Assembly (NCBI RefSeq): GCF_018977255.1
Contig: NW_024704742.1
Location: forward strand, 102,116,001-102,180,000
DNA length: 64,000 nt
From: Callorhinchus milii
Lineage: Eukaryota
Reading direction: 5' to 3'
This document shows, piece after piece, positions 38,373 through 51,985 of this stretch. Position 1 is the first letter of the stretch. Each line of letters begins with the position of its first letter. Position numbers and translations under genes: made by a program. A model generated the notes under the pieces. It worked only from the letters and a program-made list of their open reading frames with translations. It was not told where the DNA came from and made no database searches.

Positions 38373-40259
38373 TAAAAATTATTACCAATTTATAATGATT
38401 TGCATACCAGTAAAAGTTCACTCAGGCCTTCTTTATGAATGAAGTGAATAAAAACATTCCGTCATATTCCTCCCTGATAAGTATTATATCATATTAATTT
38501 AATGTTGTTGGGTTCAAGCTGCTTCAATGCACATATATGAGGGAAGGAGGACAGATGTCATCAAATAAAAAATTGCACGATAGCAAGAACATAAAACATG
38601 CATTAGTACCCCATCCTGCAGTGGGTAGATACAATGTAAGGCACACAAATTTTTGTTCTCACAATGCATCTCATTCCCTGCATTAGGAAAGCAACCATTG
38701 CTGTACCAGCTCTGCATCATTTCTCTGTACTACAATCATTCTCCTTATGGCGTCTGAGAGTAAGATTTTCCAGATTGCACATTCAGAGCAGCTTTCTGCT
38801 GTGGAATCGTCAAACTGTAGATTGAGACAAACAGTTTGTACTTAATTTACATTGTAATTCCTTAACAGCTATCAAAGTAATGAATTCCTTACTCCCCCCG
38901 CGGCCCCCATGCGGAATTTGAGCCCACAAGCCAAGTGTGTCAGGACATTGGGCTGATTAAATTATGTAGCTCTAAATTTTCAATATTTAGAAATAAAAGG
39001 AGTGATTCTAACAAGCAATCATTTTTGTCTGTGCTATTTTTAGATCATTAGATTGAGTTTCCAAGTTGCCCTCCAGTGATTAAAGTCATCTGTTTAATGG
39101 AGGACTCCCAGCACAGCTATGAATTTGCAAGTGTTAGCTTGTCACTTATCTCTTTTTTAAATATATTTTACTCCTCCAATTTTCTTCCTGGATTGTGCTT
39201 TCTTGTCTGAAGGATTGCTCCACTTGTCTTCATCGCCCTGTTATCTCATCCAAGAGGCCATTATTCACATGTGAGTCAATACAATGAGTAACGGCAGGCT
39301 ATTCAGCCATGGAGAATATCTTGGCCGAGTCTGATCTTGCTCTCAACTGATGTCCACACAAGCTCAGTTTGCAGTAGTGGCCATAGTGTCTCTGTGTTCA
39401 GGGACATCCAACTATGTGCTCCAACTGCCCCATATCTGCATAGCCCAGGACAAACTATAAACTTTCAGGTTTGCATGACTCAGTTTCACACTAAAAAAAT
39501 GAATTAATTAACCTGGACGACAGTGATCCTTAACTTTGGAAGATTTTTCATGTCCCACTGCCAATTATTTTGTTTTAGCGTTATAGAGTTAAATTTGACG
39601 CTTCTGTCAATTTACCTAAACAGTTTCTGTCAACAGATTCTGGAATAGCAATATTTAACTATTGATAACTGTGGAAGATTGTGGAACCCTCTTCCTAGAT
39701 TTTACATTTCCAGTTGACAGCGTTACTGCGAGGATCGAAATTATCATGAATTTATATTGGAGCCTATCTATTAAAGTCACCTTGGTACTGCCATAATACA
39801 GTAGTGGCCAATTTATAGAAGAGAATGTCTGAAATAACAATCCCTGTTTATACAAAAAAAATTACTTTATTCACAGGGTGAAAATTCTGACTTGTGTAAT
39901 GTGCTGCTTATCACATTCTTGATAAATGTGGTCAATGACATCAATTGATATGAATAATAATCCTTACATCTGATACAGCACCTTTCAATCAGGAGAACAT
40001 CTCAAAGTACTTCACAGGTTTTACAACACAATGCAAATTTATATAGTGCCTTTCACATCGGGAGAATACCCCAAAGTGACTAGCAGTACTGGCTGGGGCC
40101 CCGAAATGGGGGTGTGAGCTGAGGGCTTTGGGAGGGGAAAGATAACCGATACCACAGTCAAAGAGGTAGGGTTGGGTGAGACCATGGAGGGATTTAAAGG
40201 TAAAAACACAGATCCTGAATTCAATCTGCTGTAAAGTGCAGTGACCATGTATTGATTTG

Positions 40260-41420
40260 GGTCAGCCGGGTATCTGACACATGGTGAAACCCATCACCAT
40301 GCTTAAGAGTATCCAAACCAAACTGAGATTTCCATACATCCCACCTACACAGGAAATTCCAGAGATATTTATTGGAATGGAATGTGCACCCTCTCCCTGG
40401 AGGGACCTATCCTGCTTACCCATTTATAGTAGAGCCAAGGCTTGGGGACCCCAGAGTGTGTTTTGAGGTACTGCTGGAGTCTGACCGGCTAAAACTATGT
40501 AGTTTGGCATTGAGAGTACGATCAGACAAAGTTTCTTGGTGCTTGCTTGGCTATGACCACCCGACCCACTAGTGCTTTAGCTTGTAGGGTTAAGAGGACC
40601 TGAGTATAAAGAGTCCCTGTCCCCAGTTACTAGTCTGCCCTTCTAAGTCCTGCTGATGAGCCATCATCATCAGTGCTCTGGTGCTCTGTGGACCCTCATA
40701 GCTCAGGAACTGGACTACCGAGACTGCCACAGAAGGTGGCAAATCTGACATTCCATTGCCAAACATGTGACCTTGGAGCTATTTTAGCTTCAAGCAGACC
40801 CTGTCAGATATGATCATTTCACATCTGACAAGCACAGATTTAAGCCCTCACTAGAAGTATGGCAGGTACGAGGAACTCCCTCCAAGCTTTCCGGTGGGTA
40901 ATACAGCTCAGCATGAAATATGTGAGAGAATTGCCACCAACTCCCTGTCCACAGCTCAGCAAACATCCCATCCCATTGAGCTTTGGTTCCACGAACTGGA
41001 GATGTGGAACTTGAGCAACAGTTGCTTACCTCTCTGCAAATTATTCAAGATGGAAAAAAAAATCCAAGCACTGGATGTATAAAAACATGCTCATAAATTT
41101 GAACTCCAGCTAATGCCTTCCAGCAGCTGTCACCCCAAGCCTTAAAGATTCTTCATCAAGCTATCTGATGGACATCTGCCTTCAGCATGTTGGAGGACCT
41201 TCACAAGTTAGCTTGTGATGCGCTAGCCACCTTGAGAGTCTTGAGGTCCAAATTCAATGCCGTGTACCAGGCTTACTCAGGCACCAGCTGCTTCATCCAG
41301 GTCATCAAACTAGGGGTCTTGGCAAATAGACTATGTGAAGTCAATTCCTCCTGCAGGATGTTTGGAGACAGGTCAGTGTAGACTGGAACAGTCCCTCCCT
41401 GTGGCCGCTTCCCATGTTTG
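40260..41420 (+). mobile_element. Unclassified interspersed repeat, longest copy; possibly a Tx1/L1-derived relic
   Basis: Matches 15495-15800 and 21355-22000. The Tx1 assignment rests only on weak translated remnants, and the right boundary is uncertain. Confidence 0.6.
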
Positions 41421-41425
41421 CCACA

Positions 41426-41748
41426 AATAATAATAATAATAATAATCCTTGCATTTGATATAGCTCTTTTCATGTTGGAAGGACGTCCCAAAGCGCTTCG
41501 CAGAACACACTGTAAAGTGAATTGACTGTATATTTGTGGGCGAACGGGGCAGCCAATTGCGTACAGCAATGTCCCACAAACAGTCGTAGATTGAAAATGA
41601 CCAATTTTATTATTGTTTTTGGTTTTGGAGGGATTATTATTAGACGTGTGGAGTAAGGAAACTTGCCCAAGGTTTCGCCCTGCCTGGAATTGAACTCAGG
41701 TCTCTCGCTTGCAAAGCGAGTGCTCTAACCACTGAGCTACAGGACTCC
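41426..41748 (-). mobile_element. Young full-length SINE, short form
   Basis: Near-identical to 4298-4623; flanking duplication ccacaa. Confidence 0.92.
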
Positions 41749-44700
41749 ACAATCTGCCTCCCTGCTTGATCCTGGACTTTGTAAATGGGCCAGAGGAAGC
41801 CCCTCCATTGGATTCCCAGGAGTTCCGATCCATAAAGGAAAAAACGTGTAATTTGTAGGTGAACTTAGCAAACAATTTGTGAACGACAATATCCAGCACA
41901 CAGCCATGAAGTGAGTGACCACTTTTATTTGGGGGATTATTGGCCAGGACAACTGAGGGAAACACCCTTCTCATTTCATATAGAGCCACGGGTTCTTTAT
42001 CATCCATCTAAACAAGTAATGCTGATAAATGAAGACACTGGACTGGCTGCAAATGTGACCACCCCTATCTTCTCCAATCCCACACTCTGTCACAGTGTTG
42101 GGCTTGGAGCCAACCCCATTAGTCATTTGTGTTGCGAATACAGGCCCTTCACAGGATAGTGGCTTAACTCTGATTTATATTGAATTTTGCTGAGCTGCCT
42201 CTCATAACTCAGGTGCTTAATTGGTAACATTTAACATGAATCATTACTTGTATAAACATTGTTAATAGTACCACTTGCGATAATTATTTCATAGGAAGAA
42301 TGTCTCTAGGTTTGACCATCTCAGATTCATTGTCGTGAACTCATATAAATTAATTTGTGTGAAAGTGAACTGAATTGAAAACTTCACCAAATGTGTCAAG
42401 ATTTCACCTTCACTGTTCCACATTATGAATTCTTTCAGTGATTGAATCATGCGGTCACTGTTATAGGACTTATACGTTCTTATTCCCATTCACCCAGGTC
42501 ACTTTCCCAATCCTCTAGTTGAAAATCCCCCTATGGTTGGCTCAACTGTGTCAAAATCAGAGCAAGATTCTGCTGACACAGGCTCACTAATCAATAGTTC
42601 TCTGGCAGCTTTTTTCAACCAAATCTGGCAATTTGCCATTGTGAACTACTGTCTTGGGACACTGACATTAACAGGGAATCCTAAAGTACAGAAATGCAAG
42701 AAACATTCAGATAACGGAGGCTCTTCAGCCCATTTAATTTCATCTTTCCAGAATACCCACCCTCCTCTCTTGTCCTGTCTCCAGCATTCCAACAAACTGT
42801 TTCTTAAATGAGTCCAGAGCCCTGGCTTTAGCCACCTTAACCCATTCCAGTCATTAATAATTACTATGTGTAAAGAAATATTTCTTGGTCTCTGTTCTAA
42901 AATTGTCCTCTACAATCAGGAATCCATGCTTTCTTTTTCTGCTGCACAGGACAATACATCGTGGGTTTAGGTTATGTACCTGTAACAAGACTCCTCTGAG
43001 ATACCTAATCATTCCTCATAGCTCATAACACTAGGGATCATCCTCATTGCTCTCCTCTGTGCTGTCTTTAGGGCCTGGGCAGCTCGATTAGATTGCCGTG
43101 ACCTAGTGATGATTGTCTCTGCTCTGATCTGCTCCCATGTTTGCTTCAGCTAGTCAATAGTATTAAGTATTGTAACCAAGTTCAAGCAAGAACCACTGTC
43201 AGTTACATCAACCTCAGAAAGCATTGACCGCGCCAAGAACTTTCTGTAGATAACCTTCAGCCACTTTAATATGCCTTGGCCCATTGGTTCTGAAATCATG
43301 CTTGTGGGGAGGAATGAGTCTCTGATGTTCTGACATTCGATTGCTTTTGTGAAAATCCGGTGACCAGCATTGTCATTGAATGGAGAATTTATGTTTATGC
43401 TTAATCATTTTTCAATTGAACCCGTTGAACCATTCTGTATTGATTTCTCCAGTCAGCCATACATTTTGTTTTCAAAGTAGGTCACCAGAAGTTTTGTTAG
43501 ATCCAAATGTTTTAAGCAGTGTGGAGGTTTGTGTTTATGATGATGACAGGTCTTTTATTCTCTTCTGTACTGTTACACACAAAACTCAACCAATAAGCAT
43601 TCCTTCCCTTTCTTCCTATCTTTTTAATGTTCCTCTTTCAAAGCTAAGCTTTTATCTGGGAATAAGAAATAGGACATTTTAGTTTAATCTATGTTAAAGC
43701 TATTATCTGTATAATAACCACTGTCATTCTCTCACAGCATCACACTCTTACCACTCACAGCAAAAGCTGCAATATTATACAATATTATGATTTTTGAAGG
43801 CTTTAAACATGGTGTTTCTCACCTGCTGAGCGAATACCAACATCTTTTACCGCACTCGTGGTCCCGATAATGGCATATTCTTGTACTTAATGATCTGAAA
43901 CCACTTCTACATCAATTCATTAACATCTTCATTGACTATTTTTCAGAGCCTTTATCATAAGACCATTTTCCAGGTTTTCCTCAAATACTGCACAAAGCTT
44001 ATCTCACTTCAAGAACATCTTGTGGATTTGTGGTTTGGCTGAAATTGAATTACCCTATGTGTCTGCTGCTGCTCATTCCTCTACAGCGAAGTTCAGTGCC
44101 ACAAATTAGTATGTAATAGCATTTAAAAGACAAATGGATAAATATTTGAGGAAAATATTAAAGTGCATGGGAAAAAAGCAGGGCAATAGGGTTAGAGCAG
44201 ACAGCTCTAGTGGAACAAACAACAACAACAACAATAAGATTACATTTGTATAGCGCATTTCACGTCGGGAGGACATTCCAAGACGCTGGAAGTGTAGAGC
44301 ATTTCAGACCTGAACTGGGATCAGCGGGGGAGAAGGGAGGGGAGGGGAAGGGGAGGTGGCCGATGGCATGGTCAAAGAGGAGGGTCTTGAAACAGGACTT
44401 GAAAGAGGCTAAGGATGGGGCGAGGTGGAGTTACTGGGGGTTGGAATTCCAGAGATTGGGGGCAGAGTGTCTGAAGGCTCTCCCGCCAATGGTGGGGCGG
44501 GTAGGTCGGGGGACGTGAAGCAGGCCGGAGCCGGCTGAGTGGAGGGAACGGCGAGTTGGAAGGGGTTAGGAGGTCACAGAGGTGGGGTGGGGTGAGTCCA
44601 TGGAGGGCTTTGTAGGTGAGGACCAGGATCTTGAACTAGATCCTCTGAAGGATAGGGAGCCAATGGAGTCAGGTGAGAATGGGGGAGATGAGGTGACGGA

Positions 44701-44767
44701 GTTTGTTGCGGGAGAGGACACGGGCTGCAGAGTTCTGGATTATCTGCAGCCTGTGGAGGGAGGAGTT

Positions 44768-45260
44768 GATTTCAAGATCCTCATCCTCACCTACAAGGCC
44801 ATTCACGGCCTTGCTCCCTCCTACCTCTCCAACCTACTATCCCCCTACCTACCTGCCCGTACCCTCCATTCCTCTGGCTCCGGTCTGCTCCACATCCCCC
44901 GCCCCAACCGCCCTACCATCGGTGGTCGGGCCTTGAGCCTCTCAGCCCCCAGGCTCTGGAACTCCATCCCCCAGTGCCTTCGCCTTGCTTCCTCCCTTTC
45001 CTCCTTCAAGGCCGGTCTCAAAACCTTTCTCTTTGACCGTGCCTTCAGCTCCCCTCTCGACTCTCTTCCCCTCCTCGCTCCCTCCCTTCCCTCCCTCACC
45101 CTGACCATTTCCCCCTCCTCTCTCCCTCCCTTCCCTCCCCTCACCCTGACCATTTCCCCCCTGCTCGGGTCATGACCCAACTGTGCAGCGCCTTGGGACG
45201 TCCTCCTGACGTGAAAGGCGCTTTACAAATGGAATCTTGTTGTTGTTGTTGTTGTTGTTG
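44768..45260 (+). mobile_element. Young L2 3' fragment
   Basis: Near-identical to the 3' ~490 bp of the full-length element ([24 protein letters not shown]...), with (TTG)n tail. Confidence 0.93.
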
Positions 45261-45286
45261 GGAAGGCCGACAAGCAGGGCATTTGC

Positions 45287-45604
45287 ATAATAATAATAAT
45301 AATCCTTGCATTTGATATAGCGCTTTTCACGTCGGGAGGACGTCCCAAAGCGCTTCACAGAACATACTGCAAAGTGAATTGACTGTATATTTGTGGGCGA
45401 ACGCGGCAGCCAATTGCGCACAGCAATGTCCCACAAACAGTCGTAGATTGAAAATGACCAATTTATTATTGTTTTTGGTTTTGGAGGGATTATTATTAGG
45501 CGTGTGGAGTAAGGAAACTTGCCCAAGGTTTCGCCCTGCCTGGAATTGAACTCAGGTGTCTCGCTTGCAAAGCGAGTGCTCTAACCACTGAGCTACAGGA
45601 CTCC
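45287..45604 (-). mobile_element. Young full-length SINE, short form
   Basis: Near-identical to 4298-4623; flanking duplication cata. Confidence 0.92.
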
Positions 45605-47399
45605 ATAGTCAGCCTGGAGGTGATGAAGGCATGAACAAGAATTTCAGTGGCCTGAGGGGTGAGGTAGTGGCAGAGTCGGGCAATGTTATGGAGGTGAGGG
45701 AAGGCAGAGCCGGTCATGGATTGGATGTTGGGAAGAAAAGACAGTTGAGGGTCGAACAAGACACCCAGGCTCCTGACTGGCTGGTGAGTTGAAGTGTGCA
45801 ATCATGGAGGTTGATGCTGACAGAGCCTGAGGTGCTGAGGCGCTGGCGCGAGCCAAACAGGAGGGCCTCATTCTTGTTCACATTCAACTGTAGGAAATTT
45901 GCCCCTCATCCAGGACTTGATATCCGACAGGCAGTCTGTCAGGACAGCAGTGGTCCTGGAGTTGATTGATACGACGGGTTAATCACCTTCTGTATCTTCA
46001 AATGTACTGGCTAATGTGTCTGTCTATCAGGGTTGTACATACTGTAAAACTGTAGATAAAACAAATGCTCCCATCTGCCTGTTCAGGTGCACGTTAAAAA
46101 TTTCATGGTTCTATCTGAAAAAAGAAGGGAGTTTCTCCTGGTTCCTGACAAACAATCCCCCAGGTATTTGTAGGATATTTCTAGGAGCAAATTGACTGCT
46201 GCATTCCCCTATAAATATACAGTTACTACACTTTACAATAATTTCTATGAAGCATTTTGAGATATTTTAATGACCCCATAATGCGTTGGGTAACTAGGAG
46301 CCGTACAAAGTTTTCTAAAATCGGTTTGAAAATGTAGTGTTTGCTGTGTTAATATTTTGTGATATTTGCTACCAATTTCACTGAATAAAATCATGATTCC
46401 AAAGACTGGCAAATCTATTTTGTCCTGGGTCTTTATAGTTTCCAACCTTCTTTTGAACTTATCAGCCAAGAAAAAGCCCGAAAAGCAAAATAGTCATGAT
46501 TGCAATGGGATTAGAACAAATTGCTCTAGTAAGGGAGCCAACACCAGCACAGACACGATGGTCTGAATGACCTCCTATGGTTGCTGAAGATTTTGTATGT
46601 TTCAAAATCAGTTAATCAAGCTCATGGAATTATGAATAAGAGTCTTACTGTGAGAGTGAACATTTATATTCATCAGTTTTTTCTTTGAAGGCTCATTTTA
46701 TGCATGTTGCTAAAATGTACACAAGAAATAATAGCTGTTGTGCTGCTTGAGATCTCTAAGAGCACAATGTGCTACAAAGACACTCAGGAGAATTAACTGG
46801 AACATCTTAGCAGAGAATTTGCAGTGAATGCCACATTCAGCTTTATTTGTATTTGAACCACTAGTAAAATTGCAAAGCAATCTGTGGCTGGAAAGTTACT
46901 ACCTGTATTTGAGTACAAATACTACATTATCAAGAATATCAATTATCATTGTAACTGGTGATTTTTTTGCAGTTTAAGGAGCTTTTACCAGATATATTTG
47001 ATTTCATCTGGAAATAATTAGTGCTTTGTTTTTCCATTATAAAGACTATGGCTGTGTTGTTTTATGAGAGGTCGCAATGCTTCTGGTATGTAAAGAGGGA
47101 GCTTAATGTAAGATGGAGAATGTTTTTATACAATCCCAGTTTGCTAGTAGCTTGTAAAACATGCAGGAACGAACAGGTCCGTTTCTACTTTTGTTACTGA
47201 ATCAGTGCATTGCTGTGAATGGCTTACACTATTCACATTGTGAATTGGAGCTGTAATTTGCTGTGTGCCCTCCAAGTACTCTGCAGTTGGTTGTTGACAG
47301 GCAAAAATCATTTGGGATACAAGTCTTTGTTTTTTGCTTGATTTTCAGTTTGAATTTTCTTCATATTTGTTTCATGTGTAAACTATTTTCCACAGGGCA

Positions 47400-47478
47400 G
47401 CAAAACCAACAAATGCTGGAATCCACTTCAGGTCAATCAGTCTCTGCAAGCGAATGAGAGATTAATGTTTAGGGCGCA
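47400..47478 (+). mobile_element. Degenerate relative of the left arm of the 54221-54461 element
   Basis: aaaaccaacaaatgctggaatccacttcaggtcaatcagtctctg...gattaatgttt resembles aaaaacagagcgagctgggaaaactcagcaggtcaggcagctcta...gtcaacgttt. Confidence 0.4.
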
Positions 47479-48511
47479 ACAGTCATTGGTTAGAGATGTT
47501 GATCCGCTCCCACTCTGGTTCCATGGACTGTCACAATGGAATCTTGACTCTGCCCAACATGAAAACTCTATGTAAGTGTAAATTATCACTGCTGTATTAT
47601 CGCAGATTTCCAAGAGCAAAGATATAGTGGTAAACATTATGCAAGTACAATCAGATCATTGCATTATTATGAAGCACCATGTTCAAAAATGTACATTTTA
47701 AAATGAGCGCTCTTAGGATTAAATTTTTTTGTGAGATGATGTCATCCACCACATCTGCTATATTGCCTTAAAGTAGAGACATCTTTTATAGCAGATGCAG
47801 TTGGTCTAAATAGTTACTTAACTGGATAAACTCTCTCTGCCCATATTGAAACATGTACCAGATTGATTGGTTTATCCTGAAACGATAATTGTTTTTTCCA
47901 TAGAAACCTTAAAATGTCCATAATCTGATTATTCAGTATCCCCAATCCACCTATTTCTCTCCCTGGCTCACTCAAGTAAAAATATTTTTGTAGCATCACA
48001 AGATCAATATTTCAAATATTTAACTGTAGAATCAACAGTAAAACAGAATTTATGATAAAACAACAAACAGTCATAGGAACATAGGATCATAGGAATAGTA
48101 GTAGGCCAATCAGCCCCTTGAGCCTGTTCTACCATTCTATAAAATCACGGCTGATCTGTACCTCAACTCCAATTGCCACAGAAACTCTTGTCAACTCAGT
48201 ATAGCTTGTATGGGAGTCTGAGGCCTGACATTTCTCAAGCTCTTAGGATCAAGACCATTGTTTTACAATTTTATAAAATTATTCAATTCAGTCTTTATTT
48301 TGAAGCTTTACAAAATGTTTACAGTTCTTTATAAAACATCTATCTTTCTGGCCTAGTTGGTTTGGTCATTTTTTAACAGTAACGTATGGTATCCTTACAG
48401 TAATAGAAGAACTCAATTACCAGAAACTATGTTTCAAATATTTATTTTTAATGTTAATATATTAATGTATAATGATGATAATGTTAATACTATCATAAGC
48501 TGTGTTTTATT

Positions 48512-48744
48512 TTGGGCAAGTTTCCTTACTTCACACACCTGATAATAATCCCTCAAGAAAAAAAATAAATAAATTGGTCACTTCAATCCACGATTGTTCA
48601 TGGGACACTGCTGTGCGCAATTGGCTGCCACGTTTCGCCCACAAATATACAGTCAATTCACTTTACAGTATGTTTTGTGAAGAGCTTTGAGACGTCTAGA
48701 AGATGTGAAAAAGTTCTATATCAAATGCAAGGATTATTATTATT
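48512..48744 (+). mobile_element. 5'-truncated SINE
   Basis: ttgggcaagtttccttact ... gctgtgcgcaattggctgcc ... aaatgcaaggattattatt. Confidence 0.85.
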
Positions 48745-49342
48745 TTGCTATTAACATTATCATATATCAATATATTAATATTAAAATGTAAATATTTGAA
48801 ATTCAATTGTAGGTTTAAAATAATTTTAAAAACTGTGTTTTTGTCCCTTTTCTCTCCCTATTCTCTTCTTTCTATTAATTCTACTCTTTATTTTAACTTT
48901 CAAATAATTCTATATTTGCACATTCCTGGCCGAATGAATTGTAGTGAATTAGTTGTGAATTTTTCGGCTTTAAAAACACTGCTGACTTTAATTTTATCAG
49001 CCTCAGTCGTTTAAGTTGCATTGAACTATTACTATGTCACGCCACATTAGTTATCAGTTTATAGCAGTATTACTGAATACCCATCTCAGTGTAAGTGTAT
49101 GAAATTTAATAGTAATTTCTGTGGCTGAACCAGAAAATATGTGACAACCGTGTGACAAAGAAATCAACACCTGACAAAAATTGCAGAAATTTCCATTATA
49201 TTACAGGGATATTTCGTAGTAATTCTGGCTACTTTAATTCCGAAAGGAATTGAAGAGTAAAGGCGTAAAGAGTCAAATCTTTTCTTTTGAGAGGGTACGT
49301 GGTTTAATTTATGGTATTTCTTAACATATTTCTTATTTGGTG

Positions 49343-49770
49343 TCAGCCTGGCTCAGTTGGTAGCACTATCACCTCTGAGTCAGAAGGTTGTGGGTTCATG
49401 TCCCACATTAGGAATATGAACTCACTTAGTCCAGGCTAATACTCCAACACCATGTTGGGGGAGCACTGCATTGCTGAAAATGCTGTCCTTCAGGTGAGAT
49501 GTCAAACTAAGTTCCTGTCTACCTGTTTCGGTGGATAGTAATGATCCCTATTCAAGAAGAGAAAGCTGTTTCTCCCAGTATCAAGGCCAAGAATCCCTCA
49601 AATAAAATTAGCCATTCATTTCATGGTTGTCTGTGGGACATTACTGACAGCAAATTGGGGTGGCATACACTTACCAAATACAGTCACTGCACTTTATAGT
49701 GTATCCTGTGAAACATTTTGAGACATCCTCCTGACACGAATATTGTAAGGAATATTATTAATAATAATAA
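49343..49770 (+). mobile_element. Old full-length tRNA-headed Deu-domain SINE
   Basis: Head tggctcagttggtagcact..ctgagtcagaaggttgtgggttcatgtccc, long central domain, L2-type tail. Confidence 0.8.
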
Positions 49771-51174
49771 CAACAACAAAATTACTTTTATAGAGCACCT
49801 TTCACGTTGGGAGGATAATAATAATAATAATAGTAATCCTTGCATTTGATATAGTGCTTTTCACGTCGGGAGGACGTCCCAAAGCGCTTCACAGAACACA
49901 CTGTAAAGTGAATTGACTGTATATTTGTGGGCGAACGCGGCAGCCAAGTGCGCACAGCAATGTCCCACAAACAGTCGTAGATTGAAAATGACCAATTTAC
50001 TTATTGTTTTTGTTTTTTGGAGGGATTATTATTAGGCGTGTGGAGTAAGGAAACTTGCCCAAGGTTTCGCTCTGCCTGGAATTGAACTCAGGTCTCTCAC
50101 TTGCAAAGCGAGTGCTCTTACCACTGAGCTACAGGACTCCCATATACAGGATGTCTCAAGGTGCTGGACAGTCAGGGGTCAGGACCTGAGCATGAGTGGG
50201 GGGGGGGGTGTAGGGGTGAGGGAAGGCAGTGAGATGGGAGGGTGACCAAAGGCACAATCGAAGAGGAGAGTCTTGAGACTGGCCTTGAAGGAGGCAAGGG
50301 AGAAAGCGAGGCAAAGAGACCGTGGGATGGAGTTCCACAGTATGGGGGCAAAGAGGCTGAAAGCTTGGCTACTGATGGTAGGGCGGGTCGGGTGGGAGCC
50401 ATGGAGCAGGCCGGAGCCCGCTGAATGGAGGGAGCGGGCAGGTTGGTAGGGAGTCAGCAGGTCAGAGAGGTAGGAAGGGGCAAGGCTATAGATGGCCTTG
50501 AAGGTGAGGACGAGGATCTTGAATTTGATCCTCTGAGGGATGGGGAGCCGGTGGAGTCTGGCGAGGATGGAAGTGATGGGATCATGGAGCCTGGTGTGTG
50601 AGAGTGCACGAGCTGCAGAGTTTTGGATGATCTGTAGCTTGTGAAGTGAAGAGTTGGGAAGGCCGATGAGGATTTCCGTAATCGAGCCTTGATGTGACGA
50701 ATGTGTGGGTGAAGGTTTCAGCAGCCTGAGGGGTGAGGCAGTGGCGGAGTCTGGCAATGTTACGGAGGTCGTGATAGGCAGTGCTGGTCATGGCGTGGAT
50801 GTGGGGAGACAGGACAGTTCAGGGTCAAACAAGACACCCAGGTTCCTGAATGGTTTAGTTAGGTTGAGTGTTCAGCCATGGATGCTGATGCTGATGCTGC
50901 CAGCGCCTGAGGTGCAGAGGCGCTGGCATGAGCCAATCAGGAGGGCCTCCATCTTGCTGACATTCAGCTGGAGAAAGTTGTCCCGCATCCAGGACTTGAT
51001 GTCGGACAGGCAGTCGGTTAGGATGCCAGTAGTACTGGAGTTGAGGGTGGAGGTAGAGAGTTAGAGTTGGGTATCATCCGCATACATGTGGAAATTTACC
51101 CCATGTCTGCAGATGATGTCACCAAGGGGGAGCATATAGAAGGTGAAGAGGAGAGGACCGAGGACAGAGCCCTG
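49771..51174 (-). mobile_element. 5'-truncated L2 (RT to 3' end) with a SINE inserted at 49815-50140
   Basis: gtatcatccgcatacatgtg (YADD) at ~51071; ORF 50179-50757 LHKLQIIQNSAARAL...FKILVLTFKAI. Confidence 0.9.
49815..50140 (-). mobile_element. Young full-length SINE, short form
   Basis: Near-identical to 4298-4623; TSD aggat at 49812-49816 and 50148-50152. Confidence 0.92.
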
Positions 51175-51221
51175 AAATGTGTCATTTAGAGAATGACACA
51201 AAGAGAATATCGAAATGGATT

Positions 51222-51985
51222 TCATAGAATCATAGAATCATAGATTTATATAGCACAGAAGGAGGCTATTCGGCACATCGTGTCTGTGCCGGCTCTTTGA
51301 AAAGAGCTATCCAATTCAATCCCACTCTCCTGTTCTCTCCCCATATACCTGCAAACTTGTCCTCCCCAAATAATTATCTACTTCTCTCTTAAAAGTTGTT
51401 ATTGAATCGGCTTCCACCACCCTTACAGGCAATGCATTCCAGATCCAAACAACTCGCTGTGTGAAGAAATTTCTCCTCACCTCCCCTCTGTTTCTTTTAA
51501 TAACTATTTTAATTCGGTGTCCTCGGGTGACCTTCGGTGACCCACCCGCTAGTAGAAATAGTTTCTCCTTGTTCACCCTATCGAATCCCTTCATAATTTT
51601 GAAAAGTTCTATTAAGTCTCCTTTTAATCTTCTTTGCTCCAAGGAGAATAATCCTAGCTTCTCTAGCCTCCCCCTCTCCGATGCCTTGACATCCTTCTTA
51701 AAGTGGTGCCCAGAACTGAACACAGTTCTAGCTGAGGCCTAACCCACAGTTTATAAAGGTTAATCATAACTTCCTGACTTTTGTATTTCCCTAGTATCCC
51801 GTATGCTTTTTCAGCAGCTTTATCTGCCTGTCCTGCCACCTTCAAAGCTTTACTTATATGGACCCCCAGATTTCTGTTCCTTCACACCCTTTAAGATTGT
51901 ACCATCAGCTTATATTACCTCTCCTCATTTTTCACTTCGCATTTCTCCACATTAAACTTGATCTGCCACATGTCTGCCCATTTTA
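51222..51985 (-). mobile_element. CR1 3' fragment with internal deletions
   Basis: LEKLGLFSLEQRRLKGDLIELFKI, FFTQRVVWIWNALP; (ATTCTATG)n tail. Confidence 0.9.

Larger units (their letters stand above)
44218..45965 (-). mobile_element. Older L2 3' portion hosting two younger insertions
   Basis: (TTG)n tail at 44218; sequence rejoins across the inserts as ggagttg|ggaaggccgacaagcagggcatttgcata|gtcagcc. Confidence 0.88.

Noticed and set aside
40652..40676. ctgatga in a small hairpin
   Set aside because: No downstream GAAA core; simple inverted repeat
43482..43527. SPEVLL kinase-like peptide between weak splice sites
   Set aside because: Too short, and no other kinase motifs nearby
44582..45175. 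197-aa ORF
   Set aside because: Chance fusion of antisense old L2 with a sense young L2 fragment
48920..49235. Possible old MITE with degenerate inverted ends (similar impression at ~2390-2880)
   Set aside because: Could not define convincing TIRs or a TSD
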